Shown piece by piece: positions 33,576 to 44,328 of a stretch of 64,000 nucleotides of DNA. The DNA is from Hydractinia symbiolongicarpus (taxonomy: Eukaryota): the NCBI RefSeq assembly GCF_029227915.1, contig NC_079879.1:12068720-12132719 (forward strand), given 5' to 3'. The position numbers were made by a program, and so were the translations under genes. The notes under the pieces were generated by a model that did no database searches, had not been told where the DNA came from, and worked only from the letters and a program-made list of their open reading frames with translations. The number at the start of each line of letters is the position of its first letter. The stretch's first letter is position 1.

Positions 33576-35035
33576 CTACACCTTTTTCGCAGTGTCTAAA
33601 CTCCCTTTTAACGTGCTCATGTACCTAGACCACGTCACAGCATTCTGCATCCTTGACATCCCCTTGCACGAAAATTTTGTGCCCTCTTTTCCTTCGACGA
33701 AATAGCACTTGGCTGTCAGGTCAATCATCCGAGACCCGATGAATTCCGCTTTGAATAACCCTCCCGTTCGACTCGAGTACTTATCGGTGACAAGCCAGTT
33801 TTTCACGTCCTCGTCGTACTTGTCGAACAGTTCAGGGCGAACGACAACTTGCAACTCTTCTTCAGAGATGGCAAAATAGGCACTGTCTGTATCCATGTAG
33901 CAATACTCAAAGTTTCAACGGTCTACGTACTTGTCCAGGAAGTCGTAGTAGAATTCAAGCATGCACAACTTCGCCAGCTGATAGACGGCTATACCACATT
34001 GGTAAGCTCTATCGATGCTGACCCATGCCTACCTTTTCTGATCTGTACGCATCTCCTGTCTCTTCAAGGTCCTCGAGGTATGCGTTTCGCAGGGCTGCAT
34101 CGACCTCCTTTTCGTCTCTGGTAAACGTAATGTTCGCGTGCCTTGCCAGATCTTCGATCATCTTGCCATAGAACGAGTTCCCCTTCAACTTGGCTGTATC
34201 TCCCGCAATACGCTTGTCAGGGTCTTTATCCGCTTGTCGTCGTGCATCCGTAATCTCTGTTGGGAACCATGTAAATGGTTTGCCTCGGGTGTATTTGATT
34301 AACTGGTGAAAGGCAGTCACTCTCAATCCATGTTCAATGTACCATTTCAGTACGGGCGTATACAACAAGATCCTCTCTGCTTTCATCAACCCTAGTAGCT
34401 TACGCGTACCTGGAACACGCTTGAGCCCTGTAGTTGTCAAGTACTCTTGCATGTGCTCGGGGATTTGATCGTGGGGTATCTCCTTGACCACAAATAGCGG
34501 AGCCATCTCGCTGAATTTGTCATACAGTTCCGGAGGTACCTCGATATCGACTTGCGCAAAGCCGAAGAGCGATCCAATTTGAACACCTCGCGTCAGTATA
34601 TCGAGATTGTGCGCCGATGTCGGTGTAGACACCTTGAAAAGCTTTTCCTTCCCACACGGAAAGTCTTCCAGCATGGTACTTGGGTAGAGCATGTTTGCGT
34701 CGTACCCTAGAATGGTTTTGCATTTGTTTTGCTCCTTGTAGATGTGAGATCTGATACCCGTCACGTTGCTCTCGTGGTACCTACAGAAAACAATCGCGGG
34801 GCCACCGACCATCCCCGTCTGCAAGAGCTCGTAGGTCTCATTCTTCGTGCACTCTGTGCATGATCGTGAAGTGTTGTTGTTGTTTTGCTGAAATTTGTTC
34901 CTTCGCCTTGTTGTAATAAAAAGTAACAGTATCCCACACACTCTTCAATCGATTAGTAAGTGGGTCTCGAGTTGCTGCAACTGGCGCTGATACGGTGTCG
35001 TACATTTTGCTTATTGCGTTCTTGAACCAACTCAT
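33576..35035 (-). pseudogene. pPolB of copy E-a. The N-terminal ~55 aa are joined by a frameshift to the polymerase domain. Motif A is GYDANMLYPS, motif B is KLKGNSFYGKM, motif C is YMDTDS, and the KxY motif is LTAKCYF. A frameshift lies near 34012-34040 and an in-frame TGA at ~33915.
   Basis: ORFs 34838-35035, 34009-34941, 33576-33896. Hand translation of 33897-34014 shows the open frame DRAYQCGIAVYQLAKLCMLEFYYDFLDKYVDR followed by TGA, then NFEYCYMDTDS. Confidence 0.75.
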
Positions 35036-35079
35036 CCTGTTTATTATAAGTACGGTTCAACCTCAATCAAAAAAGGTCT

Positions 35080-35360
35080 TGATTTGAGTAGGGGAATACC
35101 CTCTACTCAACTTGGGTATGGTGACTCAGCGGTCGATGCCGTCGTTTCTGTTGATGTCAGCATATTTTCGTGTGAGGGTTACATGACTTGTGATATCGAT
35201 GACGTCATTAGTTTTGGTGGATGCGCATGCGCAGGGGGGGTTGATGACGTCACAGGTTTTTTGGGGGGTGTTTGAGGGAGCGCTTTTGATGTGGGATTTG
35301 ACCGGGTGAAAGTGTCGAAGGAGCGCCAAAGTACTTATGTTGACTCCCTAGTACTACTGT
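35080..35360 (+). repeat. Terminal inverted repeat T3.
   Basis: ~85-90% identical to T1. TTGAGTAGGG at 35084-35093. Two TGATGACGTCA sites. Ends CTAGTACTAC then satellite in minus orientation. Confidence 0.8.
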
Positions 35361-36280
35361 TGTTATAATACATACTGTAAACTCCGTGACCTAGAATTAG
35401 TTTCAGTTTTTTTTATCTGTAACATGTTCAACATTGCCTGCACCTGTTCTTATCGCTTATGGTTTTGAATCATTTGGCTATACTGTACATGTGCGAGAAT
35501 TATTGTCATAAGAACGCTTAACATGCCAAGATACTTCAGGAAACGTTCTAAACTTTCCCGATTTGAAATTTCAAAATGTTCTCAAATTGTTTAAAACTTT
35601 CTTCCTATTTTGCAAATTTTGCATGCACAATGAATGATTTCCGATGGAAATCTGCAACGGGTGCTTGTCTGGACTGAGAAAACGGAGCCTACGATGTCCA
35701 CGTAGTCCCGACACGATCATAATGATAATCAGTGCTTCCTAGTATTGAGAAGGCCTTAAATGTTCTCAACATGATCTAAATTTTTGGACACCTAATGTCA
35801 AATGTTCTCATGGTTTAGTTACTCCAGATTCCATGTCACACCACAGATTCACAAAGAAATAATGTTTTTCTGCTAATTTTTTCCGAATACTGTAGAGATA
35901 ATACATACCTTAAACGCAGGTACCTAGGATTAGTTTGAGTTTTTTTATCTGTAACCCGTTCAACATCGCGTACAGAGTCCATACTGCGCGTGTTTTTGTT
36001 GCTTATGGTTTCGATTAATCTGTTCCCACTGTGAATGTGGGAATATTAACGAACACCTGCAAGCGCGCATTTACTACGATGTACTACACAGCTTTTGCTC
36101 ATTAGAATGCTCAACATGCCAGGATACTTCATCAAATTTTCTTAATTTTCCGATTTGAAATTTCAAAATGTTCTTAAAGTGTTTTTAAGTTTCTCATTAT
36201 TTTGCGGCTTTTGAATTTTAAGCTGTAACCTTCTCTTAGAACACGGGTATGCTTAGAAAAGACGTTCTTTTTAGGACCTG
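35361..36280 (-). repeat. Satellite units in reverse orientation flanking E-a.
   Basis: rc matches the satellite tail/head (…CAGATAAAAAAAACTGAAACTAATTCTAGGTCACGGAGTTTACAGTATGTATTA). Confidence 0.75.
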
Positions 36281-36540
36281 GTATATAAGGCGTACTTGTG
36301 CTTAATGCAACTCTACCATGGGCGCTTGTTGGGGAGTGGAAGATTACTTGGAAAAGACGATTATTGAGATGAGGAACTATCTATTAAAACGTAAACAGCG
36401 GAAGAGACTAAGCATTGACAATGTATCAAATGTTTAGAACAAGACAATATAGCGAAATTAGGTTTACGAAAACAGTGATAAAAAACTATATCGAAATATA
36501 AACACAGATATGTCAGTTGCGTAAAGGATACATATATACA

Positions 36541-37269
36541 TCAAATTTCTTTAATAAGTTTTCCATCACGTGCCTTAAGTCTGTCAATATTGCATTCGAC
36601 AACCGATTTTGTTTGCTCATGAAGTTCTCTATCCTGCAACAGCCTCGATTTGGTGTTAGATATACTTTCGCAGAGTGACGTAATTAAATGTTTACATTCT
36701 CGACCATAGACAAGAAAAAAATATACTTTTTTAGACATTACAAACAAGAACTTCGATTGGTCTATATTGTTCACATCGGAATCTGATTGACCGGTGTTTA
36801 ACTTTACTATATGCCTTCGGTATCTTTTTAAAAATGAATACAAATCTGAAAGTGCTCGTTCTACAAAGTTATCAAACGATCGAAGGATAAGGATTAAATC
36901 TTCAAAGCACATGGAGACCGGGTCAATAGTCGCTCCATCAGTTGCTTTCACATTTTCAATGAAACGAAATAAACAGGTTTCCACATCGCTGTAAACCTTG
37001 TTTTCACATAACACTTTTGATAATTGACACAACACTTCTACAACTTCATCAGGAGAATCATAGAAATCTCCGTTAAAAAGTCGCATTAAGTATGTATATG
37101 CCAACAAAACCTCCAGAACACAATACTTAAGGTTGTCGTCTGGCTTTTTATTTTGGAGAATGTCTTTTACTTGAGGTAGTTCTTTGAGTAATTTTGGCAG
37201 GCCTGATTTCTTTTCAATGTTTTTGTTAACTTCTTGTACTTTGGGACTATATAAAAGGTAAAATAACAT
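36541..37269 (-). CDS. ZNHIT2: ZNHIT2-like gene, 3' exon (approximate bounds; the upstream splice acceptor was not located).
   Basis: KLLKELPQVKDILQ...EVLLAYTYLMRLFNGDFYDSPDEVVEVL resembles the human ZNHIT2 segment PNVLFAYAHTLALYHGGDDALLSDF. Confidence 0.45.
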   Translation of the reverse strand: MLFYLLYSPKVQEVNKNIEKKSGLPKLLKELPQVKDILQNKKPDDNLKYCVLEVLLAYTYLMRLFNGDFYDSPDEVVEVLCQLSKVLCENKVYSDVETCLFRFIENVKATDGATIDPVSMCFEDLILILRSFDNFVERALSDLYSFLKRYRRHIVKLNTGQSDSDVNNIDQSKFLFVMSKKVYFFLVYGRECKHLITSLCESISNTKSRLLQDRELHEQTKSVVECNIDRLKARDGKLIKEI

Positions 37270-37924
37270 TTAACACTATCGTGAGTAACAACGATGACAT
37301 TAGCACACTATTTTACTGGAACTTTAACACTGGCAATTATAAGCGTTATGTACCAGCCGATATACGTCTTTTTGTTATAAGGAACACGATTTAAACAAAC
37401 ACCAGACTCAGATTGCCTAAATTTTGAGAAACGTTTAAGAAACAGAGTCAAAAAAGTAAAGATATTCCAGCATTAAACTTTTAACAACAAGTAAACACCA
37501 CAAAATATTTCCCTTAATGAACTTAGAAAAGTTTTTTAAGGACACATTTCAGGGCTAAAAAATAAAAATACAACTCAAATTTCATGTTTTTATAAAAAAG
37601 ACGTGTAACAAACTTCGCCCTTCGCTACTAACTGCTAAAATTTTGTTCCACAAACAGACAGACATACGGCTGCCCTGTTAATATATACAAGTGTTAACCC
37701 GTGAAAAAATCCGTCGTTCTCCATCCTTAAAATTTCACAGGAATTAGTCTGTCAAAACAAAGTGTATAAAATATATCGCATTTGCTTTTTTTTTGTCTCC
37801 TTAGCAAGGCTTCCAATAGACGGACTACGGGGATTACGAACATATATTTGCAAGTATCTGAAAGTTAAAATATTTTTTAAAAATACGAACGACAAAAAGC
37901 ATTTTGATGTACGTATGACATAAT

Positions 37925-38455
37925 GGATCAAGCTTACCTTATTCCATGAAATTAACGAGTCATGAAATTAACGAGGTTTTTCAAAATTCGCGTTAAAATA
38001 ATGACCGCTAATTAAATGCAGAGTTAATTTAAAGACTATTTCTTTGGTAAATTTTTTATAACATGTTAAAGCCTAAAAAACAAAAAATACAACTTTTTTT
38101 TACAATTTTTTTACTATTTCATCCTCATCGGACGAGAGCTCAACGGTGCTCTGTGTTTTCCGCGATCTTTCTTGAAATAAGCTTTTGTATAATCATCATA
38201 CTCTAATCCTAGTGGAAGATTAACTGAAAGCACAAACAACGAAAACTTTTATTTCGATTTCCAAACCGCCTTTTAACAGTGAAGACGGCTTTACTACCCT
38301 GGATTCGACTGTTGCCGTAATTTTGGCTTCGTGTGATATCGCATATTCTAAAATTCGCGTTAATTAAATGCATTTTTCAAAATAATTTCATTGAACCGCG
38401 TTAATTTCATGACCGTTAATTTAATTCGCATTAATTTCTTGACTCGTTAATTTGT
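37925..38455. mobile_element. MITE-like element (~530 bp) with ~60-bp imperfect TIRs rich in ATGAAATTAACG motifs, inside a ZNHIT2-like intron or exon edge.
   Basis: 37933-37990 versus rc(38390-38455). Confidence 0.4.
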
Positions 38456-38768
38456 TTTTGTACTCACTCAGTAGACAAAGAATAGAAAAGAAATTAATGC
38501 ACCTCTTTCCTGTCCACCATGGTTTCCAAATCTTTATGAAATCCAGATTTCCACTTTGAACCCGCCTTTGAAAGTTTTCTTTCTCCTTGTTTGTCAATCT
38601 CTCCCATATTGCGTCTACATCATCTAATGAGATATTTGACAATCTTTCACATATGCCAGCTGTTTCAACTGTTTTTTCATCATTGGTTTGATTTAACCTC
38701 GACAACATTTCCATTAGTTTTCGCTTTTCTGCATCACCACCTTTCATCTGTTTCAATTCTGTCATCAC
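38421..38768 (-). CDS. ZNHIT2: ZNHIT2-like gene, middle exon. Acceptor TTGTAG|GTGATGACAGAA at 38768. 3' end approximate; a donor is probably near 38500.
   Basis: AIWERLTNKEKENFQRRVQSGNLDFIKIWKPWW matches human ZNHIT2 LWERLAPGEKAAFERLLSRGEAGRLLPPWRPWW. Confidence 0.55.
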   Translation of the reverse strand: MMTELKQMKGGDAEKRKLMEMLSRLNQTNDEKTVETAGICERLSNISLDDVDAIWERLTNKEKENFQRRVQSGNLDFIKIWKPWWTGKRCINFFSILCLLSEYKNKLTSQEINAN

Positions 38769-38811
38769 CTACAACGACACATCAGAGACGTAGACTTTAA
38801 ATATATGGAGT

Positions 38812-40572
38812 TATATGTGGGACAATATTCGTGTATGGTTTTCGTCGCGTCGTAATGCTTTTCGTCGTGTCGTATCTTTCTTCGTGGCGTGGTTTTCTTA
38901 GACTTGTAATAGTTTTCGTTGTGTCGTATCTTTCTTCGTCGTGTGGTTTTCTTCGCAGCGTAATGGTTTTTGTCGTGTCGTATTACTCATGTTGGTGTGA
39001 TCTCATGTTTCGTCGTGTCGTATGTCACTTCGTGGGGTATTTCACTTTGAGGCGAAATAGTTATGCTTTTTTTACACGGAATTACTAATTTCGTGAAGCT
39101 TTTACACAATATATTTCACTTTCTTTCTATTGGCTTTGGTCTTTTTACTGGGTAAAGCTAGCTATTATTTTTGTCATTTTCTTTTAATAAACGAAACATT
39201 CTTCGCTATAGATTTAGCTAGCTAGCTATACATTTTAAGCATGCTACACTGTATAATCTATTATCTATTTTGTAGTTTAAATGGATTCTGATGAAAATAT
39301 CAAAAATCAAATAAACTAACTACATAAACATAAATTATTACATAAAACTCTTACACAACACATAATATTTCTTTATAATTACAAATGTAAAACTAACTTA
39401 AAAAAATTTTTAGCACTAGACTAAAGGTTTTGTTTATTTTACTGCACTTTATTCATGTGACTTGGATTTCTTGTAAGCGCTACACGAATTTAGTAATTTC
39501 GTGTTAAAAAAGAATGAAAATTTTCGCTACGAAGTAAAATACGCCACGAAGTGAAATACACCGCGACGAACATAAACATTTAAATAAACAAAAGCACTCC
39601 CTCGTTAAAGGAATAAGCAACACTTTCTATATGTATAGCGGAGAGGTTGCCAAGGCAAAGGCATTAAGCACGGCACTTTCTATACTGTATATATAAGGAC
39701 GCGACCATGCGAAAAGTTACATTTTTCGGTTTGTGGCAAACCATCTTCGTAACGACTATTTATATCTTGCCAGTCTTGTTGAGTGATCGATCCATTACGT
39801 ATTCTAAGAAGTCGCTGCAAAAGAGCTAACTGATCTGGGCCTTGACGCATTGTTTCTGTAAGAACAATAACATCTTGAAACGAGCGATAGATTGCATAGC
39901 CAGCAAAGTTGATTGTCGAATCATCGTGTTTTGGTGGCTGATGTAGATCCAAAGCACGAATTGGTCCAAGCTGACCAAGGTCACCAAAGAAATTGACAGC
40001 TGGTACACCACCATAATAATTATCAAAGTCTCCCGTAGCCACAACCTCTCCGCAACACTTTCTATATGTATAGCGGAGAGGTTGCCAAGGCAAAGGCATT
40101 AAGCACGGCACTTTCTATACTGTATATATAAGGATGCCGATTCCCTGCCTGCCTTAGGCCGTGCCCTTTCCTTGCCGTGCTTAATGCCTTTGCCTTGGCA
40201 ACCTCTCCGCAACACTTTCTATATGTATTAACGTACAAGAGACGTTCTTGAGTAATTGGCTCGACAAGTGCCCAATTCCTTTCTTTTTCGCATCTTTTTC
40301 TGCACTTTATTCATGTGACTTGGATTTCTTGTAAGCGCTACACGAATTTAGTAATTTCGTGTTAAAAAAGAATGAAAATTTTCGCTACGAAGTAAAATAC
40401 GCCACGAAGTGAAATACACCGCGACGAACACAAATACGACTCGACGAAACGTTAAACCACCCCACAAAGAAAGATGCGACGGGACAACAACCACACCACG
40501 AAGAAAGATACGACACGACGAAAAGCATTTACGACGCGACGAAAACCATACACGAATATTGTCCAATATAAA
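38812..40572. mobile_element. DNA-transposon-like element with ~270-bp TIRs made of subterminal CGTCG(T)GTCGTA-type repeats. The interior carries a Pif1-helicase fragment and a third subterminal-repeat copy (39420-39560).
   Basis: 38815-39080 is the reverse complement of 40290-40572 (GGGACAATATTCGTGTATGGTTTTCGTCGCGTCGTAA...). Confidence 0.6.
39680..40111 (-). pseudogene. Pif1-family helicase fragment (motifs GDLGQLGPI and VIVLTETMRQ), flanked by ~95-bp direct repeats and an inverted copy that can form hairpins.
   Basis: GDxxQLxP and LTxxMRQ are Pif1/Helitron helicase signatures. Repeats at 39606-39700, 40046-40140, and inverted at 40150-40240. Confidence 0.5.
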
Positions 40573-41250
40573 ACTCCATATAAATATACGTAGTGTAAAT
40601 AAATTATCCTAGTAAAATATAAATGCACCATTCCTTCTTCAGAACACCAAAAACATAAAACTTAGTTGATCTTTTTTGACTGGCAAAAGTACAAAGGTAA
40701 TAATGAATTATACTTTGAGACACTGTATTGCACATTTTAGGCTCCTAAGTTAATTGAGCCTAAAATGTGGCACTGTTTGAACTGTCAAATGTTTAAGATC
40801 GACAAATCTGTCGTCTTCTGATCGTAACGGTTAATAACTCTAATTCTAATTTAGCAGTTTATGAATCAGAAATTGTTAACCTAAGCAATCTTTGCGATCA
40901 ATCTAATGACGTAAAAAAAAATTCAACTGAAAACATCTGAAGCAGATTTGATTTGTTCAATAATTTTTTACAGCACTATTACGTAGTTAAATTTTTAGAT
41001 ATGTACAAGCAAATATATTTCTCTACCCAGCAGATTTACGTTTGCGAACTGCGCCACAACTAGGCAATTCACAAAAGCTTATTACTAAAATTTCACTTTT
41101 TGTGCGTTAGTTAAAGCAATTATTACAAATATTTCTTTAATACAACATACTTTTTGGCCTAGTGTATGTTCAACATAATATACATGTTTTTTATTATTTA
41201 CGGCATCACGAAAGAAATTTAGCATTACCTATCGTCTTCACAAAACTCAC

Positions 41251-41394
41251 CTGCTGTTTATAAAAATGCTCTGAACAATCTTGATGGGATTTACTTTGAT
41301 AACATACCACTGAACAGTAACGTACCAAACATTGAGGACAACTGTATTTTGATGTTCCTTGGCAAAAGAAACACTTTACATCTGTTTCTGCCAT
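41251..41394 (-). CDS. ZNHIT2: ZNHIT2-like gene, exon 1 (start codon plus HIT-type zinc finger). Donor CAG|GTGAGT at 41251/41250.
   Basis: MAETDVKCFFCQGTSKYSCPQCLVRYCSVVCYQSKSHQDCSEHFYKQQ compared with human ZNHIT2 CPRCNAPYCSLRCYRTHGTCAENFYRDQV. Confidence 0.6.
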
Positions 41395-42630
41395 ATTTTT
41401 AATAACTAAATTATATGAAATATAATAGCAGAAGAAATTACATTTTTAAGAGAGAAAAAAAAGCATTTAATGCAATTAATTTGAAGAAAAGCAAATACGC
41501 CAGGTAATCAGAGTTCAGGAACCCAAAAAGAATTTAAAAAATAGAGCAATGTTCTACCAGAATATTTAGAATTTTCAAAAAAATATTAAAATTTACGAAA
41601 ATTTTCTTTACTTTCATTATATTCCTTTTACAAAACAGCTTATATCACCTTTTGTACGAACTCAAGAACTTAATACAGTAGCTCATTGGATTAGAAAATT
41701 GTTTTTTATTGCTAAAAAAACATCATAAATTTCTTCAACATAGAAAAAAAATGTAAGGAAAATTAGTGAATTAATTTTTAAGAAGATTTAAAACAATACA
41801 TTAAGGAAAAAGGAAAAGCAGACAAAGCCCTGATAGCGTATTTGTTTTATTTAAACTATAGAAGGTCCTCGTGATTTTTTTTTTATTCACACATAACACC
41901 AGTAACAACAACAGAAATTTAAATTTAATACTTAGAAATATACAATAAATATTCAGTAAAAATAATAAAAAAAGTAATTTGATAAGATACTAGATATGAT
42001 TCGATGTTTAAAATAAAACCAGGACTCAAAACATGAGGTTGATTTTTTAATAAATCTAGACTCCCTATAGCTAAACTATTCACCACAAATTTTTCTCTTT
42101 TTCACTATTCTTCTAGATCTTTTTGTTAAAAATGTCTGTATAAAGAATCATATAAATTGCAATAATTTTCACAATGAGAAAGAAGGGACAAAATAAATTA
42201 TTCTACCAACATAAACTGCAACTAATTGAATACTTACAATTTTCAAGGCTTAGTCTAATTGCAAATTAAAAACATAAATATACAAATATGCAATGAGATA
42301 TATAAAAGATAATATAGGCCACACAGTTTTCAACCATAGAAACAAAATGATTCTTCTTTTTCGTCCTTCACTTCATATGCTAACGTTTAAAGAAGGGTAA
42401 TATGAATGCAAGGTTTAGATAAAAAGGCGTTTTGATGTCCTGCCATAAACGTCTTTTTTAATTTTAGAAACATCCAGGGTTATGTTTCATATAAAAAACA
42501 GAGCTTGTGCTTGCAAGTTTGTTTTATAACAGTTAAATATCTGTGTTCTAGCTGTACTGTATAAGAATAAAAACAATGATATATAATTTATAAATAGTAA
42601 AAATTTGAATGAATTTTATTATTGTTAACC

Positions 42631-43857
42631 TTACTCACGTTTGCACAATTCATTATCAATAGCATCACGAATACATAACAATACTCTTAAACGTTTTTTT
42701 GCATCCATTTTGTTAATATCAACAAACAATGGTGTTAGTTGACCATCACCAAGCAAAACAACAGAATGATTCTTATCAATTGCTTGTCTTACTGTTTCCA
42801 GTGTCTCGTCTTTTTCGCTTTTTTGAACATTTTCATTTTCTTTATTTTCAGGACACTTTAAAAAAGTCTTCTCACCAGAAGATTTTGCAACATCCTCAAC
42901 TGTAAACACTTCCCTGTTAACTGTTTCCTTGTTTTGAACTACATTCTTTTTCGAAGGTGTTGAATTGTTTATTATTGTGGTAGTGTAATTCACTTTGTTA
43001 GATTTCAGAGTAACACCAGCTTCTCCAGCACCTTGAAATACGTCATTGTGTTGTTGCAAGAAGAGCTTATCAATGGGTGGACCAAAATTAAAGCAACTTT
43101 GCAAAGTACCCTGATTTATTGGTATAAAAAATTTGGCGAGCAAACTTTTTAAACAAGCAACTAAGAAACCGTCTAATCCTTCCAGAATCAAAATATTCCA
43201 GACCTCTTTCTCTGTCATCATTACATTCATTGTGTTGTCTTTTAAAAATCGAACGTACGTTCCTCTATCTTGCACCACAAGTTCTAATGAGTGGCTATTT
43301 CGAAGGATAAAGGACAAATTCATTTTGTGTTTGTTTGTGCTATATTTAGTTATGAATGTATCATAAGAGACTTCAGTAATATTTTGAGAATGGAAAGAAT
43401 TTCGCAACATTTTAAGTTTGTTAATATCTTTCTCAAATAGCTGAATTAGTTGAAAAACCTCATTTGAGGATTCTGTACACCTTGCCTCGATACTTCTTGA
43501 CCTTAACTGAACTTTAAGATCGCTTCCCAGAACTACCAATGAAAATTTGTCCTGATGATCAGCTAAGAAACGTTGTGTAATCATATCTTTCTTACCCCAG
43601 CCAGAATAAGACACATTCAAGAAGGAAACACTTAATGGAATTTTAACACGATCTAAAAGTTCAATCAAGTCATTAGCTAGTGATTGTGGTTGGCTAATCA
43701 TGTTTTCTGTTAAAGACAACCTTGTTAAACTAAGATTTTGCACTGTCTCTTTTAAAACATTCTTTTGCATCCGTTGTTCAAGTGATCTTCTATAGCTAAT
43801 AGCATCCTCACCAGTATTAAATGCGTTTCTTAGAGATTCCGCCATTCTTACATGCAA
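42631..43857 (-). CDS. Intronless 408-aa ORF, unknown function.
   Basis: Longest uninterrupted ORF in the window. No family recognised from the sequence alone. Confidence 0.4.
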   Translation of the reverse strand: MHVRMAESLRNAFNTGEDAISYRRSLEQRMQKNVLKETVQNLSLTRLSLTENMISQPQSLANDLIELLDRVKIPLSVSFLNVSYSGWGKKDMITQRFLADHQDKFSLVVLGSDLKVQLRSRSIEARCTESSNEVFQLIQLFEKDINKLKMLRNSFHSQNITEVSYDTFITKYSTNKHKMNLSFILRNSHSLELVVQDRGTYVRFLKDNTMNVMMTEKEVWNILILEGLDGFLVACLKSLLAKFFIPINQGTLQSCFNFGPPIDKLFLQQHNDVFQGAGEAGVTLKSNKVNYTTTIINNSTPSKKNVVQNKETVNREVFTVEDVAKSSGEKTFLKCPENKENENVQKSEKDETLETVRQAIDKNHSVVLLGDGQLTPLFVDINKMDAKKRLRVLLCIRDAIDNELCKRE

Positions 43858-44328
43858 TACCTATGACAAAAATAAAGCAAAAATTTGTATTGTGTGTGAA
43901 AAATACTTGAAGTTTGGGACAGCATTTAATTGATTGACCCTTCAAAGATCATTTTAGTAACACATATGTCAAAAATATTGGAAAGGACAGCTCACGCCTT
44001 AAGTCTTGAATTGTATGTCTTGAAAAGCGCTGTTGGAGTGCAAAAATATATTACGAGGTACCACAAAATGTATACTACACTATATCTAGACTGGGTTAGT
44101 TCTTAATTTTCTTCCCATCAACTCTGTTTGTATTACCTCCAGTACTCGGTCTACCTCTGGGCTTTGCCCCAGGAACTAAGGAAACTTTCTTCCCAATTCT
44201 CCTCCTCATTTCTTTCTAAGTGCCCCATTCGGAAAGAAAGAAGGAGGATGATTGACCAACTAATTCCAACTTCTTATATGGATAAAATCTTCGATGCTAT
44301 AAATACCTATACCTGCTACAAATAGTGG

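Larger units (their letters stand above)
29122..35360 (-). mobile_element. TIR-bounded copy E-a of the pPolB element (6.2 kb, genes read mainly from the 35360 end). Internal-deletion derivative: pPolB lacks the exonuclease domain. Contains the small-ORF cluster.
   Basis: T2 (29122-29345) and T3 (35080-35360) are inverted copies of the same 250-bp terminus. Both flanks are satellite. Confidence 0.7.

Noticed and set aside
33915-33917. An alternative genetic code (TGA as sense) to rescue the pPolB reading frame
   Set aside because: The same gene also needs a frameshift and has a deleted exonuclease domain. The host genes in the window translate well with the standard code (OGA ends at a TAG stop). 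Pseudogenisation is the simpler explanation.
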